In this document: in pieces, positions 10,325 to 19,571 of the stretch
Numbering within the stretch: the stretch's first letter is position 1
Layout: each line of letters starts with the position of its first letter
Assembly (NCBI GenBank): GCA_949290645.1
Contig: CASESG010000006.1
Location: forward strand, 23,088-87,087
DNA from: an uncultured Bacillota bacterium
Lineage (GTDB): Bacteria > Bacillota_I > Bacilli_A > RFN20 > CAG-288
DNA: 64,000 bases
Direction: 5' to 3'
Translations under genes and position numbers: made by a program
The notes under the pieces: generated by a model
What the model was told of the DNA's origin: nothing
What the model saw: the letters and a program-made list of their open reading frames with translations, nothing else
Databases searched by the model: none

Positions 10325-10600
10325 CTTCGTTATTCTTTCCTTTCCTACCCCCCCCTCAGGACAAAAGAAGGCAAAACGGAGAAAAGGGAGCAAGAGGCTC
10401 TCATTTGTAAGCGATTTCAAGATATTGGGAAAAGCAGAGGCAATCCGAATGGTTTTAAAAATAATGCGACAACGATCAAGAAATTCGGCTTTCAATGGCA
10501 ATCTTTTTCTTCCCATCCTGCGATAAGAAACGGCGATTTTGATAAACGCTTTCCAGAACGAAAATAAAATTGGGAGGAAACCGAATAGGAGGTTGCCACG

Positions 10601-13361
10601 ATGAAAAAGAGCGTATTTGGACTTTTGGTTCTCGTCGGACTCCTGCTGGATGTCAGACCCCCCTGCTTCATCCATAAATAGTTCGGCCCAAGCCAGCGAC
10701 ACGCCCTTGAAAGCCGACGGTAGCGAGTCGACATCGTCCGTCAATTCCACGATCGGCGATGACGATTCCAGCACGACAAGCCACGGAGATGTCCCGCCAG
10801 TCGTCACGACGGAAGGGAAGATCCTCGAGCAGCTGAGGGCTTCGGCTCTTGTCTGGAAAGGCACGCACACAAGTGTCAGGGAGCAGATCTTCGGCGGAAA
10901 TGGGCCGACGACGGACGAAGTTGCTATGAAGGGGCTCGTCTCTGCCGACCGCTTCTATCAGGATGCCGAAGAACTCGGAACGAAGGATTTCTACGCCGCT
11001 TCGGAAACTGGAAAGGTCTCGACCTTGGCTCTCGACCCCTTGGCCAACAAGCTCGTCTACACTTCGGTCTCGGCAAACGCCCTGACCGAGGATTATCCCA
11101 ATCCCTTCCATGCCTTGGAAGAGGATGTCCTTGTCACGAACGACTCCTTCTCTCTCGGCTTGACCGCCGAGGAAATCGCTGCAATCCTCAATGAGCTTAG
11201 CCCTGCCGATGCCAAGACGGCCACCTTGACCGGAAAGATCGATGGAGATGGGAAGATCCTCTCCCTCTCCCTGGAAGGAAGGGCCGAGTCGTCGATCACA
11301 AGAAGCGAGCACACGCTTGAAATCAACTTGACAACCGAAGAAGAGGCCGCGATTCCTTCCCCGTTGCCCTGCGTCCGGAAGATCCAGCCTCGGACACGCT
11401 CGGCGACTTCTTTGACATGATGGCCAAGGGAAACTACACGGTCAAGACCGACGCAACCTATTCCGCTCCCGAATACGGATTGAGCGAAAGCGATTCTCTG
11501 ACGACCCGTTATACCGAGAAAGGGATCCTTCAGGAAAGCTCCGAAGGCTATGACATCGGCTATGTCGATGTCGGAGAAGGCCAGATAGCCATGGCCAATT
11601 CCACAAGCGACGGAAAGCTGGAAGGGACTCGCCACTCTGGAAAAAGGCGCCATCGCCGACCTGCGAGCCACCCTTCACGATGTCGCCCTACATGTTCGAT
11701 GCCGAGGAAGACGGAAAGACCTTCAAGCTCGCCACAGGAATGGGTCTTGAAGAGATTGCCCTGAGCCTTGCCAACCCGGACCTCATCTTCATCGGCAGCA
11801 ATCCCGTCGATTCAGGGACGTTGTCCTTCACCCTCGACGGAGACAAAGCCTCCTTCCACGCCGAGATGACCACGGTCGAACATGGAATGACGATTGTATA
11901 CGCCTTCGATGTCGAGATCACCGAGATCGGAACGACCGAGCTCGGCTATGACTTGGCCAATGACTACATTCCTTTCAAGGAAGCGGAGAGCTGGGCCGAT
12001 GTCGATGGCGCGGAGGAGTTGGTCGAACAGTACGGATATGGTTCCCTTCCGTTCTTCACTGTCTCCGGTGGCCAATGGGCTGCCTTCACGGAAGCTCAAG
12101 GCGGACCCTGCCTGCAATTCATCGCTCCCAGCGCAGACGCACTGTAGGAAATTCTTGACAAATTTGTCTCCGCCATTAAGGAAGACGGATGGTCTTTGAC
12201 CGAAAGCGTTGATAAGTTTGCCGACTTCTCCAAGACGAGAGAAGACGGATATCAGATGGCCATCGAGTTGGTGTTTGGCGTCACGCAAGATGGAAGCTAT
12301 GTTCTGCAGATTGTTCTCTCCGAGCCGACCGCCCCCAAGGCCGAGCAGACCGGCTGGATCGATGTCGAGGGACTGGAAGATTACCTGAACGGTCTTGGCT
12401 ATCCGGGTGCGGACATCCTTCCCTGGTTCCTTCCCGAAGGGGACGAATGGGTGTTGGATGAATCCTACGGAAGCTTTGATCTCTACATCGCCGATGCCGA
12501 CACAACGACGACCTTTGACAGCGTCATCGCCGAGCTCGAGAAGGGAGACTGGACGGTCACGGCAAAAGGAGATGTCGACACCGGATATGGATTCTCCATC
12601 ACCGTCTGCAACTATGGAATATGTCGATGCCTCCGGAACGACCTACAGCCTGCAGATTCAGGACTACGTCACCTTGGGCATGGGAATGTACTACATCTTC
12701 TTCGAAGCCCCCCGTCGGCCCGAAGGAAGACAACGCCTTGATGACCTGGCTTGCGGACAACTTCTCGACCAGCGTCAACTGCACGATCGATTACTCCCTT
12801 GCCTATTGGCATGCTCCCGTCGACCAGTCCACGGGTAAACCTCTCTCCGATCCCGTGGAGTGAGAACTCCTGGTCGAAGGAACCACTACATCACAGAAGA
12901 AGCCTACTACGACCCCCAATCTGGAAGATACGCTTCTCATCACGAACGATTCCGAGACAAGCTGCACGGCCTACCAAACCGGAAAAGAAGCGCAATCCTT
13001 CGACCGCAACTACGTGACGATGTTCTATTCCCCCATGGATCTGGTTGATTGCACCATCAACCAGCAGGAAGACGGAACCTTCCTCTCCACCGACCCCGCT
13101 GCCATCTCCGCCGCAAGCGGCATGGCCATTTACCGGGTCCGTGAGGAAACTCCTACGGAAGTCCGCTTCGACCTTGACGAGGAAGAGAACACCCTGACTA
13201 TCACCTTCTTCACCGACGAAGGATACTACCACACCGATGCTTCTCAACCCGAACTCGAATACGGTTACTACCTCCGCACCGTCACCATCCGGAATGTCGG
13301 AACGACCGAGATCGACGTCGATTCCATCATCTCCGCGATGACCGGAGCGGCAGCTGAGTAA
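10601..13361 (+). pseudogene. Large (~920 aa) surface lipoprotein broken by many frameshifts and an in-frame TAG
   Basis: AGGAGG then ATG 10601 (MKKSVFGLLVLVGLL); a lipobox LAGC appears after a 1-nt shift; Ser/Thr linker; consecutive fragments 10617-11420, 11417-11764, 11680-12147, 12196-12741, 12621-12863 and 13014-13361; repeated domain ends EIGTTEL and NVGTTEI. Confidence 0.75.
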
Positions 13362-13375
13362 TTTCTTCCGAAGAC

Positions 13376-13408
13376 AAAAAGGGATCGCCCCATCCGGCGA
13401 TCCTTTTT
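13376..13408. terminator. Bidirectional intrinsic terminator
   Basis: AAAAAGGGATCGCC-CCATCC-GGCGATCCTTTTT between convergent genes. Confidence 0.85.
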
Positions 13409-13425
13409 CGATGCGAAAAGATTTC

Positions 13426-14760
13426 TCAGCGATGAGTCAGCTTGCAGACGGTCTCGACGTGCAAGGTGTTGGGGAACATGTCCACCGGGACGACTTCCTC
13501 AAGACTGTAATCCGAAAGCAGACAAGAAAGATCCCTGGCCAAGGTCACCGGATCGCAAGAGACATAGACGATCCTCTTCGGAGCGAGGGAAAGAACGGAA
13601 GAGAGAAACTCCTTCGTCGCTCCTTTCCGGGGAGGATCAAGGACGATGATGTCGAACTTCTCCTTCGTCCTGCCGAGATATTCCGTGCAATCCCCGACGA
13701 GGAATCTTGCGTTTTCCACCTTGTTGATCCTGGCGTTTTGCCTTGCGTCCTTGACGGCATCCGGGACGATCTCGACACCGACAACTTCCTTTGCCTGCTC
13801 TGCCAAGGAGAGGCCGATCGTTCCGGTTCCGCAATAGGCGTCGAGGACCTTGTCCTCTTTCGTCGGAGCGGCAAAGTCCCTGGCCAAGCCATAGAGCGTC
13901 TCGATCTGCTTGCTGTTTGTCTGGTAGAAGGACTTCGTCGAGACCAGGAAGGTCTTCTCGAAGATCGTGTCCCGGAAATGGGGATAGCCCAGGATCAGGA
14001 CATCCTTGTCTCCGAGGATGACATTCGTCGCCCGCGGATTGACGTTGAAGACCACGCCCTGGACTTCCTTCACTTCCGCCATCAAGAGGCGAGCGAAATC
14101 CTTCCTTCCGGGAAGTCTCTCGTCTTTCACGATCAAGGTCACCAAGGCTTCGCTCTCCGTGCGATTTGTCTTGATGAGCAGATGGCGAAGGATGCCCGTC
14201 TTCCTGTCCTCGTCATAGACCGGCCAGGAGAACTGGCGGATCAGCTTGAGCACGACACGGGAGATCTTCACCGAGAGCCGACTCTCCGCCGGACAATCCA
14301 AGGCCGGAACCAGGTCATGGCTGTTTTCCTTGTAGAATCCGATCTCCACCTTTCCCTTGACGACTCTGATCGGCTTCTGGACCTTGTTTCGATAGCGAAC
14401 GGGTTCTGTCATCCCCCGTGTCGGGGAGACCGGAAAGTCGATTTTGGCGAACTTGTGGAGCAGGTTCTGAACCTTTTCTTTCTTATAGAGGAGTTGCTTC
14501 TCGTAGGAAAGGTGCATGATCTGGCATCCTCCACAGAGGGGATAATTCGGACAGGAAGGTTTCACGCGGTCCGGACTTTCCCTTCTTCTCTTCCGAAGTC
14601 GGACTTCCTGGACCTTGCCGTGGGAAAAGACGGTCTCGAGTTCCGCCTCTTCCTTCGGAAGAAGATCCTTGACGAAATAAGTCTTTCCCTCGAGATGGAC
14701 AATTCCCCTTCCGAAGTCGTCCAGGGCCTCGCAGGTCGCAACAAAGCGGCGCGAGGTCAT
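13426..14760 (-). CDS. rlmD: 23S rRNA (uracil-1939-C5)-methyltransferase RlmD/TrmA family
   Basis: CPNYPLCGGCQ Fe-S motif, SFYQTN, DAYCGTGTIG, LDPPRKG, YVSCDPVTLARDL, DMFPNTLHVE. Confidence 0.93.
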   Translation of the reverse strand: MTSRRFVATCEALDDFGRGIVHLEGKTYFVKDLLPKEEAELETVFSHGKVQEVRLRKRRRESPDRVKPSCPNYPLCGGCQIMHLSYEKQLLYKKEKVQNLLHKFAKIDFPVSPTRGMTEPVRYRNKVQKPIRVVKGKVEIGFYKENSHDLVPALDCPAESRLSVKISRVVLKLIRQFSWPVYDEDRKTGILRHLLIKTNRTESEALVTLIVKDERLPGRKDFARLLMAEVKEVQGVVFNVNPRATNVILGDKDVLILGYPHFRDTIFEKTFLVSTKSFYQTNSKQIETLYGLARDFAAPTKEDKVLDAYCGTGTIGLSLAEQAKEVVGVEIVPDAVKDARQNARINKVENARFLVGDCTEYLGRTKEKFDIIVLDPPRKGATKEFLSSVLSLAPKRIVYVSCDPVTLARDLSCLLSDYSLEEVVPVDMFPNTLHVETVCKLTHR

Positions 14761-15845
14761 TCCTCTTCCTCCCAATCAGCCTTATCCACAAGGGCCTCGC
14801 CAAGCAGGTGGACATCCTCTCCCAGCTCCTTGGCCCTTTCGAATTGATCGGGGTGGAAGGTGAAATGGACTTTCATGTATTGAGAATAGAGAGCGGCGAT
14901 GCGCTCCATCGTCTCATAGGTCATCGCCAAAGAGATGTCGCGACAGAAATCCGCATTCGCATAGAAGAAGGCGGAGGAGGAATGGGCGATCTCGCTCGCC
15001 CCTTCATAGATGGAAGAATACTTCGTCAATCCTGCGAGCTTCTCCACGCCATCCCGGAAGTTGAGCTTGAAGAGGACATCGCTCGGATCAAATAGCGGGG
15101 AGGAATAGAGCCATCCGTATTCGATGAACTTCTTCATGTCCTTGCTCTTGAGACCATGATTCCGCATCTTCTCCTTGATCTCGAAGAAGGTCTTGTCCAG
15201 CTCCTCCTTGGTGAAGGCCTGCTGATTCCGATAGGCATTGTTATAGGCGATATGATCGAGATAGGCCTGCCGGACATCCTGTCCCCCTTCGACCAGGAGC
15301 TTGACGATGCACTCGGATTCATGAAGGGTCCGCCACGAGACAAAGGCATCGGAATAAAGGCCCAAGACCAGGACCTGGCAGAACCCAGCCGCCTTGCGGA
15401 AGATGGTCTCGAAGATGTCGTTGAGAAGAGAGACCTTCGGATTGACATGGGCAAGGGGGCGATTGATTCTCTCCAAATAACGGACCAGGGCACGCAAGAT
15501 CATGATCTCCGGATCGAAGTAGTGCAGCTCCTGGCTCGGAACGGAAAGAAGGAGGGTCGAGTCGTAATCTGTGAAGATATCATAGAGACGGAGGACACGT
15601 CTGAGCATCTGCTCATGCGTCTCTTCTCTCTTGAGACGATAGTCGAACAAGGCGGAGCAGAAGCAGCACTCCAAAAGGGTGATTCCGCGAGCCAGAAGCT
15701 CGTCTGCCGTCATCTCGGCCTCGTTTTCCGTGCCGATGGTCTGCTGGTAGGCATCGGTGATGAGGGAGATGACCGGCTTCTGAAGCTCCTTGGGCAGCAC
15801 ACCCCGGATACGGGACAAGAGAACGTTTCGAATCGATGGATTCAT
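14757..15845 (-). CDS. DUF5677-like hypothetical protein
   Basis: WRTLHE, EYGWL and YEGASEIAHSS motifs; 4-bp overlaps with both neighbours. Confidence 0.65.
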   Translation of the reverse strand: MNPSIRNVLLSRIRGVLPKELQKPVISLITDAYQQTIGTENEAEMTADELLARGITLLECCFCSALFDYRLKREETHEQMLRRVLRLYDIFTDYDSTLLLSVPSQELHYFDPEIMILRALVRYLERINRPLAHVNPKVSLLNDIFETIFRKAAGFCQVLVLGLYSDAFVSWRTLHESECIVKLLVEGGQDVRQAYLDHIAYNNAYRNQQAFTKEELDKTFFEIKEKMRNHGLKSKDMKKFIEYGWLYSSPLFDPSDVLFKLNFRDGVEKLAGLTKYSSIYEGASEIAHSSSAFFYANADFCRDISLAMTYETMERIAALYSQYMKVHFTFHPDQFERAKELGEDVHLLGEALVDKADWEEEE

Positions 15846-16984
15846 GAGAGACCTCCAAGACTGTCCGCGACGACGAAGGCTTCGATGAGGGACGTTCCGA
15901 TATTATAACCGCCGCAGGGAAGATTCACATCCAGGCATTCGCCGATGGCAAAGAAGGCTCTGTCTTCCAAAAGGGAGAAATCCCAGTCGAAGGAAGAGAG
16001 GTCCAACCCGCCGTAGCTCACCTGCGAATTCTCGAAGGACGCGCAAGAAGCCACACTGAAGGAGAGAGGTTCGAACAGCTTCTTCCTGCACTCCTTAAGA
16101 TACCGAAGAAGGAAGAGAGGAAGGCTATCCATTCCGCTTCCAAGACCGGAACAACCATCGTGCTCGGAATAGTCCACTGCCAGAGAAAAAGGGCCTTTCT
16201 CTCCGTGAGAGACCATCTCGTCATAGATTCGGGAGAGCTGGAACACCGCAATGCCCGAAAGGGCATCCCTGCGGAAGAGGACTTCGCCTTCTTCCATGGC
16301 GACCACTTTCTTTCCGCACAGCAAGGAGACCTTCCCTCTCAGCCTCTGCCCCACGAGATAGGAAGGAATCTTCTCCGCGACAAGAAGTGGGCAGAGTGAG
16401 GGAAGGAAAGGACGATAGGGAAGACCAAGGGAAGAGAAGAGTCTCGGCTCGAAGTCTTTCCGGTCGTAGCTTCTTCCTCCGACGCAAAAGACGAGTCTCG
16501 AATATTTCAAAGGATCTTTCTCATCCCGAAGATAGATCGAATGGCTCTTTCGATCGATTCTTTCGACAAAGTCCGTCTTGTTCTCGACAAGGCTGTTCTC
16601 CAGAGCCTTCAGGATCGGATTTCTCACGCATTCCGCACGATTGAAATAGGGGTAATACAATTTCCCTTCCTTGAAATAACGAATGCCCAACTTGTCTTTC
16701 AGAAATGAGAGCGTCTCTATCGGATATTTTCTCCCTTCATGAAAGAAATGATTTTTCAATGGTTCGATAAAAGATGGTAAATTATCCTCAAAGAGAAGAT
16801 CCTCGTTGAAGAAGTTGCACCGCCCGTTGCCGCTGACGGAAATCCTTCTTCCCAAGGGAGAGGGATGCGTGTCGCTTTCGATGAGAAGGACTTTCCTTTT
16901 CTTTCCCAAAAGACCGGCGAGAAAAGAGCCACAGACCCCTCCGCCGACGATGACGACATCAAAGGATCTGGATGTTTCTTTCAT
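15842..16984 (-). CDS. HI0933/BaiN-like FAD-dependent oxidoreductase
   Basis: VVIVGGGVCG, GRRISVSGNGRCN, QVSYGG, GECLDVNLPCGGYN. Confidence 0.88.
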   Translation of the reverse strand: MKETSRSFDVVIVGGGVCGSFLAGLLGKKRKVLLIESDTHPSPLGRRISVSGNGRCNFFNEDLLFEDNLPSFIEPLKNHFFHEGRKYPIETLSFLKDKLGIRYFKEGKLYYPYFNRAECVRNPILKALENSLVENKTDFVERIDRKSHSIYLRDEKDPLKYSRLVFCVGGRSYDRKDFEPRLFSSLGLPYRPFLPSLCPLLVAEKIPSYLVGQRLRGKVSLLCGKKVVAMEEGEVLFRRDALSGIAVFQLSRIYDEMVSHGEKGPFSLAVDYSEHDGCSGLGSGMDSLPLFLLRYLKECRKKLFEPLSFSVASCASFENSQVSYGGLDLSSFDWDFSLLEDRAFFAIGECLDVNLPCGGYNIGTSLIEAFVVADSLGGLS

Positions 16985-17456
16985 TGCGCTTCTTCGGCTG
17001 GGGGACTTCCTTGGCCTTTCCGACGACAAGAGTCTCAAGGACCGTCATCTCCTCGGGAAGGGAGAGGATATCCATCAGTTCGTTCTTCCTGTCGTTTAGT
17101 CGGGAGACGACGCAGTGGATCCAACAGCTTCCAAGGCCGAGCTCCGTCGCCTGAAGCATCATGTTCTCCATGGCAGCGGAGGCGTTCTGAGTGCTCAGAT
17201 GGTCTTCCTCCCTTTCCATGACCAGAATGAGGGCCGGTGCGTCATAGAACTCCTTCCCGCCACCGAGCAATTCCTTGACCTTCGAAAGAACAACGGGATT
17301 GAGGATTCCGACGAAGAACAGGTTCTGGGCATTCCGTCCCGTCGGTGCCCAGTTTCCGGCTTCCAGAAGGCATTGCATCTCCTCTTCGGTGACCTTGTCC
17401 TCAAAGTAGCTTCTCACGCTTCTTCTTTCCATGATGGCATCTCGAACCGATTTCAT
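16959..17456 (-). CDS. Nitroreductase family protein
   Basis: RRSVRSY, APTGRNAQ, ENMMLQATELGLGSCWI. Confidence 0.92.
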   Translation of the reverse strand: MKSVRDAIMERRSVRSYFEDKVTEEEMQCLLEAGNWAPTGRNAQNLFFVGILNPVVLSKVKELLGGGKEFYDAPALILVMEREEDHLSTQNASAAMENMMLQATELGLGSCWIHCVVSRLNDRKNELMDILSLPEEMTVLETLVVGKAKEVPQPKKRNERNIQIL

Positions 17457-17739
17457 GTCTTTTGTCTTTTCTCCTTTCCCTTCTTGAAAGGATCAAGTCT
17501 TTCTTGCCTTTTTTCCTTTCATGAAAGAATGCGCTTTCTTCTTATCCAAGCCCAAAATCGAACATCGAGCGACAGGCTTTCACGGCTTTGGATCGCAAGA
17601 AGAAGAATTCTTTTCCATTATACCCGAATTCTCCTCTTTTTGGCAGGTGAGTCCAAGGCAATCCACAGGGGAGAAAAACATCGTCTTGGATATGGACAGG
17701 AATGACAAAGCAGTCTAAAATCTCCCTAGAAAGAAAAGC

Positions 17740-18666
17740 TTGAACGACATGCACGAACATCCCGTTGAAATCGAGACACTGACCAAGGATTACGGACAGG
17801 GAAGAGGGATTTTCGATGTGAGCTTTTCTCTGAAAAGAGGCGAATGCTTCGGCTTTCTCGGACCAAACGGAGCCGGAAAGAGCACGACCATCCGCCATCT
17901 GATGGGTTTCTGCCGTCCCGATTCCGGGAAAGCCCTTCTGGAAAGGACCGAAGCCTTCCACCATCCCGAAGTCTTGGAAAACGTCGGCTATCTCCCTGGC
18001 GAGGTCTCTCTCCCTCCTTCTCTGACCGGAAGGGAATTCCTCATCGAGCAGAAGATGCTCAGACGAGTGAAGGACACCGCCCGCCTGGCCTTTCTCATCA
18101 AGGAGCTAGGAGTGGACTTCCGCTCCAAGATCAAGAACCTCTCCCTCGGCATGAAGAGGAAGCTTGCCATCTGCGCCGCCTTCATCTCCGACCCGGAAAT
18201 CCTGATCCTGGACGAACCGACCTCCGGCCTTGATCCTGCGATGCAAGACTTCTTCCTCGACCTCGTCCTGAAGGAGAAGGAAAGAGGAAGGACTATCCTT
18301 CTCTCCAGCCACATCTTCTCCGAGGTCGAGCATTGCTCCGACCGCATCGGAATCATCAAGGACGGAAAGATCATGACAATCCTCACAAGGGAGGAAGTCC
18401 TCCACGGCGGAAGAAAGAAATACCTTCTCTCCTTTGAGACCGAAGAAGAGTCCCAAAGAGCGAAGAATATCCTTCAGGGAAAAGGCTATCTCCCGACAAC
18501 CGATTTTAAAAACGCCCTTCTCTACGTCCTTCCCGACGACAAGAGGACGGATTTCCTCCCTCTCGTCCTCTTTCTCCATCCGCAAGACCTGAGAATCGAA
18601 AAGGAAAGCCTCAAGGAGCTCTTCCTTTCCTATTACAAGGAAGACCAGGAGTATCAGACTTTATGA
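17740..18666 (+). CDS. ABC-2 type transporter ATP-binding protein 1
   Basis: GPNGAGKST, LSLGMKRK, ILDEPTSGLDP, SSH; start TTG 17740 or ATG 17749. Confidence 0.92.
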   Translation: MNDMHEHPVEIETLTKDYGQGRGIFDVSFSLKRGECFGFLGPNGAGKSTTIRHLMGFCRPDSGKALLERTEAFHHPEVLENVGYLPGEVSLPPSLTGREFLIEQKMLRRVKDTARLAFLIKELGVDFRSKIKNLSLGMKRKLAICAAFISDPEILILDEPTSGLDPAMQDFFLDLVLKEKERGRTILLSSHIFSEVEHCSDRIGIIKDGKIMTILTREEVLHGGRKKYLLSFETEEESQRAKNILQGKGYLPTTDFKNALLYVLPDDKRTDFLPLVLFLHPQDLRIEKESLKELFLSYYKEDQEYQTL

Positions 18667-19571
18667 CGGAAAAGGAAAACTTGGCCATCCACATCCAAGA
18701 CCTCGTCAAGGACTTTGGAAACAACCGAGGTCTCTTCGGCGTTTGCCTCGACGTGAAGAAAGGCCAATTCGTCGGCATCATGGGCGAGAACGGTGCCGGG
18801 AAATCGACCCTGCTTCGCATCCTGATGGATTTCGTCCGCAAGGATTCCGGAACGACAGAGGTCCTCTCCCACGACTGCCGTAAGGCAAGCCTCCAGGTGA
18901 AGGAACTGGTCGCCTATGTCCCAGGGGAAATCAATTTCCCAGACCTCCCCAGCGGCAAGGACTTCCTTCGGGAACAGATGCTCCTATACGGGCTCAAGGA
19001 TACCGAAAAGGCCGACCGACTCATCGAGGAGCTCCAGCTGGACATCCGCGCCCTCCCCAAGAGGATGAGCAAGGGCATGAAGCAGAAGCTGGCTCTGGTC
19101 AACGCCTTGATGATCGACGTCCCGATCCTGTTATTGGACGAGCCGACAACCGGCCTCGATCCCCTGATGCGAGAGCGCTTCCGCCAGCTGCTTTCCAAGG
19201 AGAACAAAGAAGGAAAGACCATCCTCATGACATCGAACACCTTCGAAGACTTGGATGGGATTGCCGATTCCGTCTATCTCTTGTCCCAAGGAAGGATTCT
19301 CGATTGCTATCATTCCGATTCCCAGATTTTGAAAAATTACCGTTTCTATTGCGTCGGCTTTGATGACAAGGAGAGCCAGAAGAGATATGTCGACATTCAC
19401 AAGGAGAACATCCGCTCCCTGGACGAGAACCGAAGAGAATGTCTTGTCCAGGTTCCCAAGGCCGAGCTCTTCTCTTTTCTTTCCGAGCTCGAGAGTCCGA
19501 CCATCCACTATTACTATGAGGAAGAGTCGTTGATGGAAGTGTATTTCAGAAATCGGAGGAATCGAGGATGA
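18663..19571 (+). CDS. ABC-2 type transporter ATP-binding protein 2 (H-loop His replaced by Asn)
   Basis: GENGAGKST, MSKGMKQK, LLDEPTTGLDP, TSNTF. Confidence 0.92.
   Translation: MTEKENLAIHIQDLVKDFGNNRGLFGVCLDVKKGQFVGIMGENGAGKSTLLRILMDFVRKDSGTTEVLSHDCRKASLQVKELVAYVPGEINFPDLPSGKDFLREQMLLYGLKDTEKADRLIEELQLDIRALPKRMSKGMKQKLALVNALMIDVPILLLDEPTTGLDPLMRERFRQLLSKENKEGKTILMTSNTFEDLDGIADSVYLLSQGRILDCYHSDSQILKNYRFYCVGFDDKESQKRYVDIHKENIRSLDENRRECLVQVPKAELFSFLSELESPTIHYYYEEESLMEVYFRNRRNRG

Noticed and set aside
12145-12147. In-frame TAG as a sign of stop-codon reassignment
   Set aside because: A single case inside a gene with many other lesions; intact genes show no internal TAG or TGA, and the 49125-49490 ORF ends at TAG.
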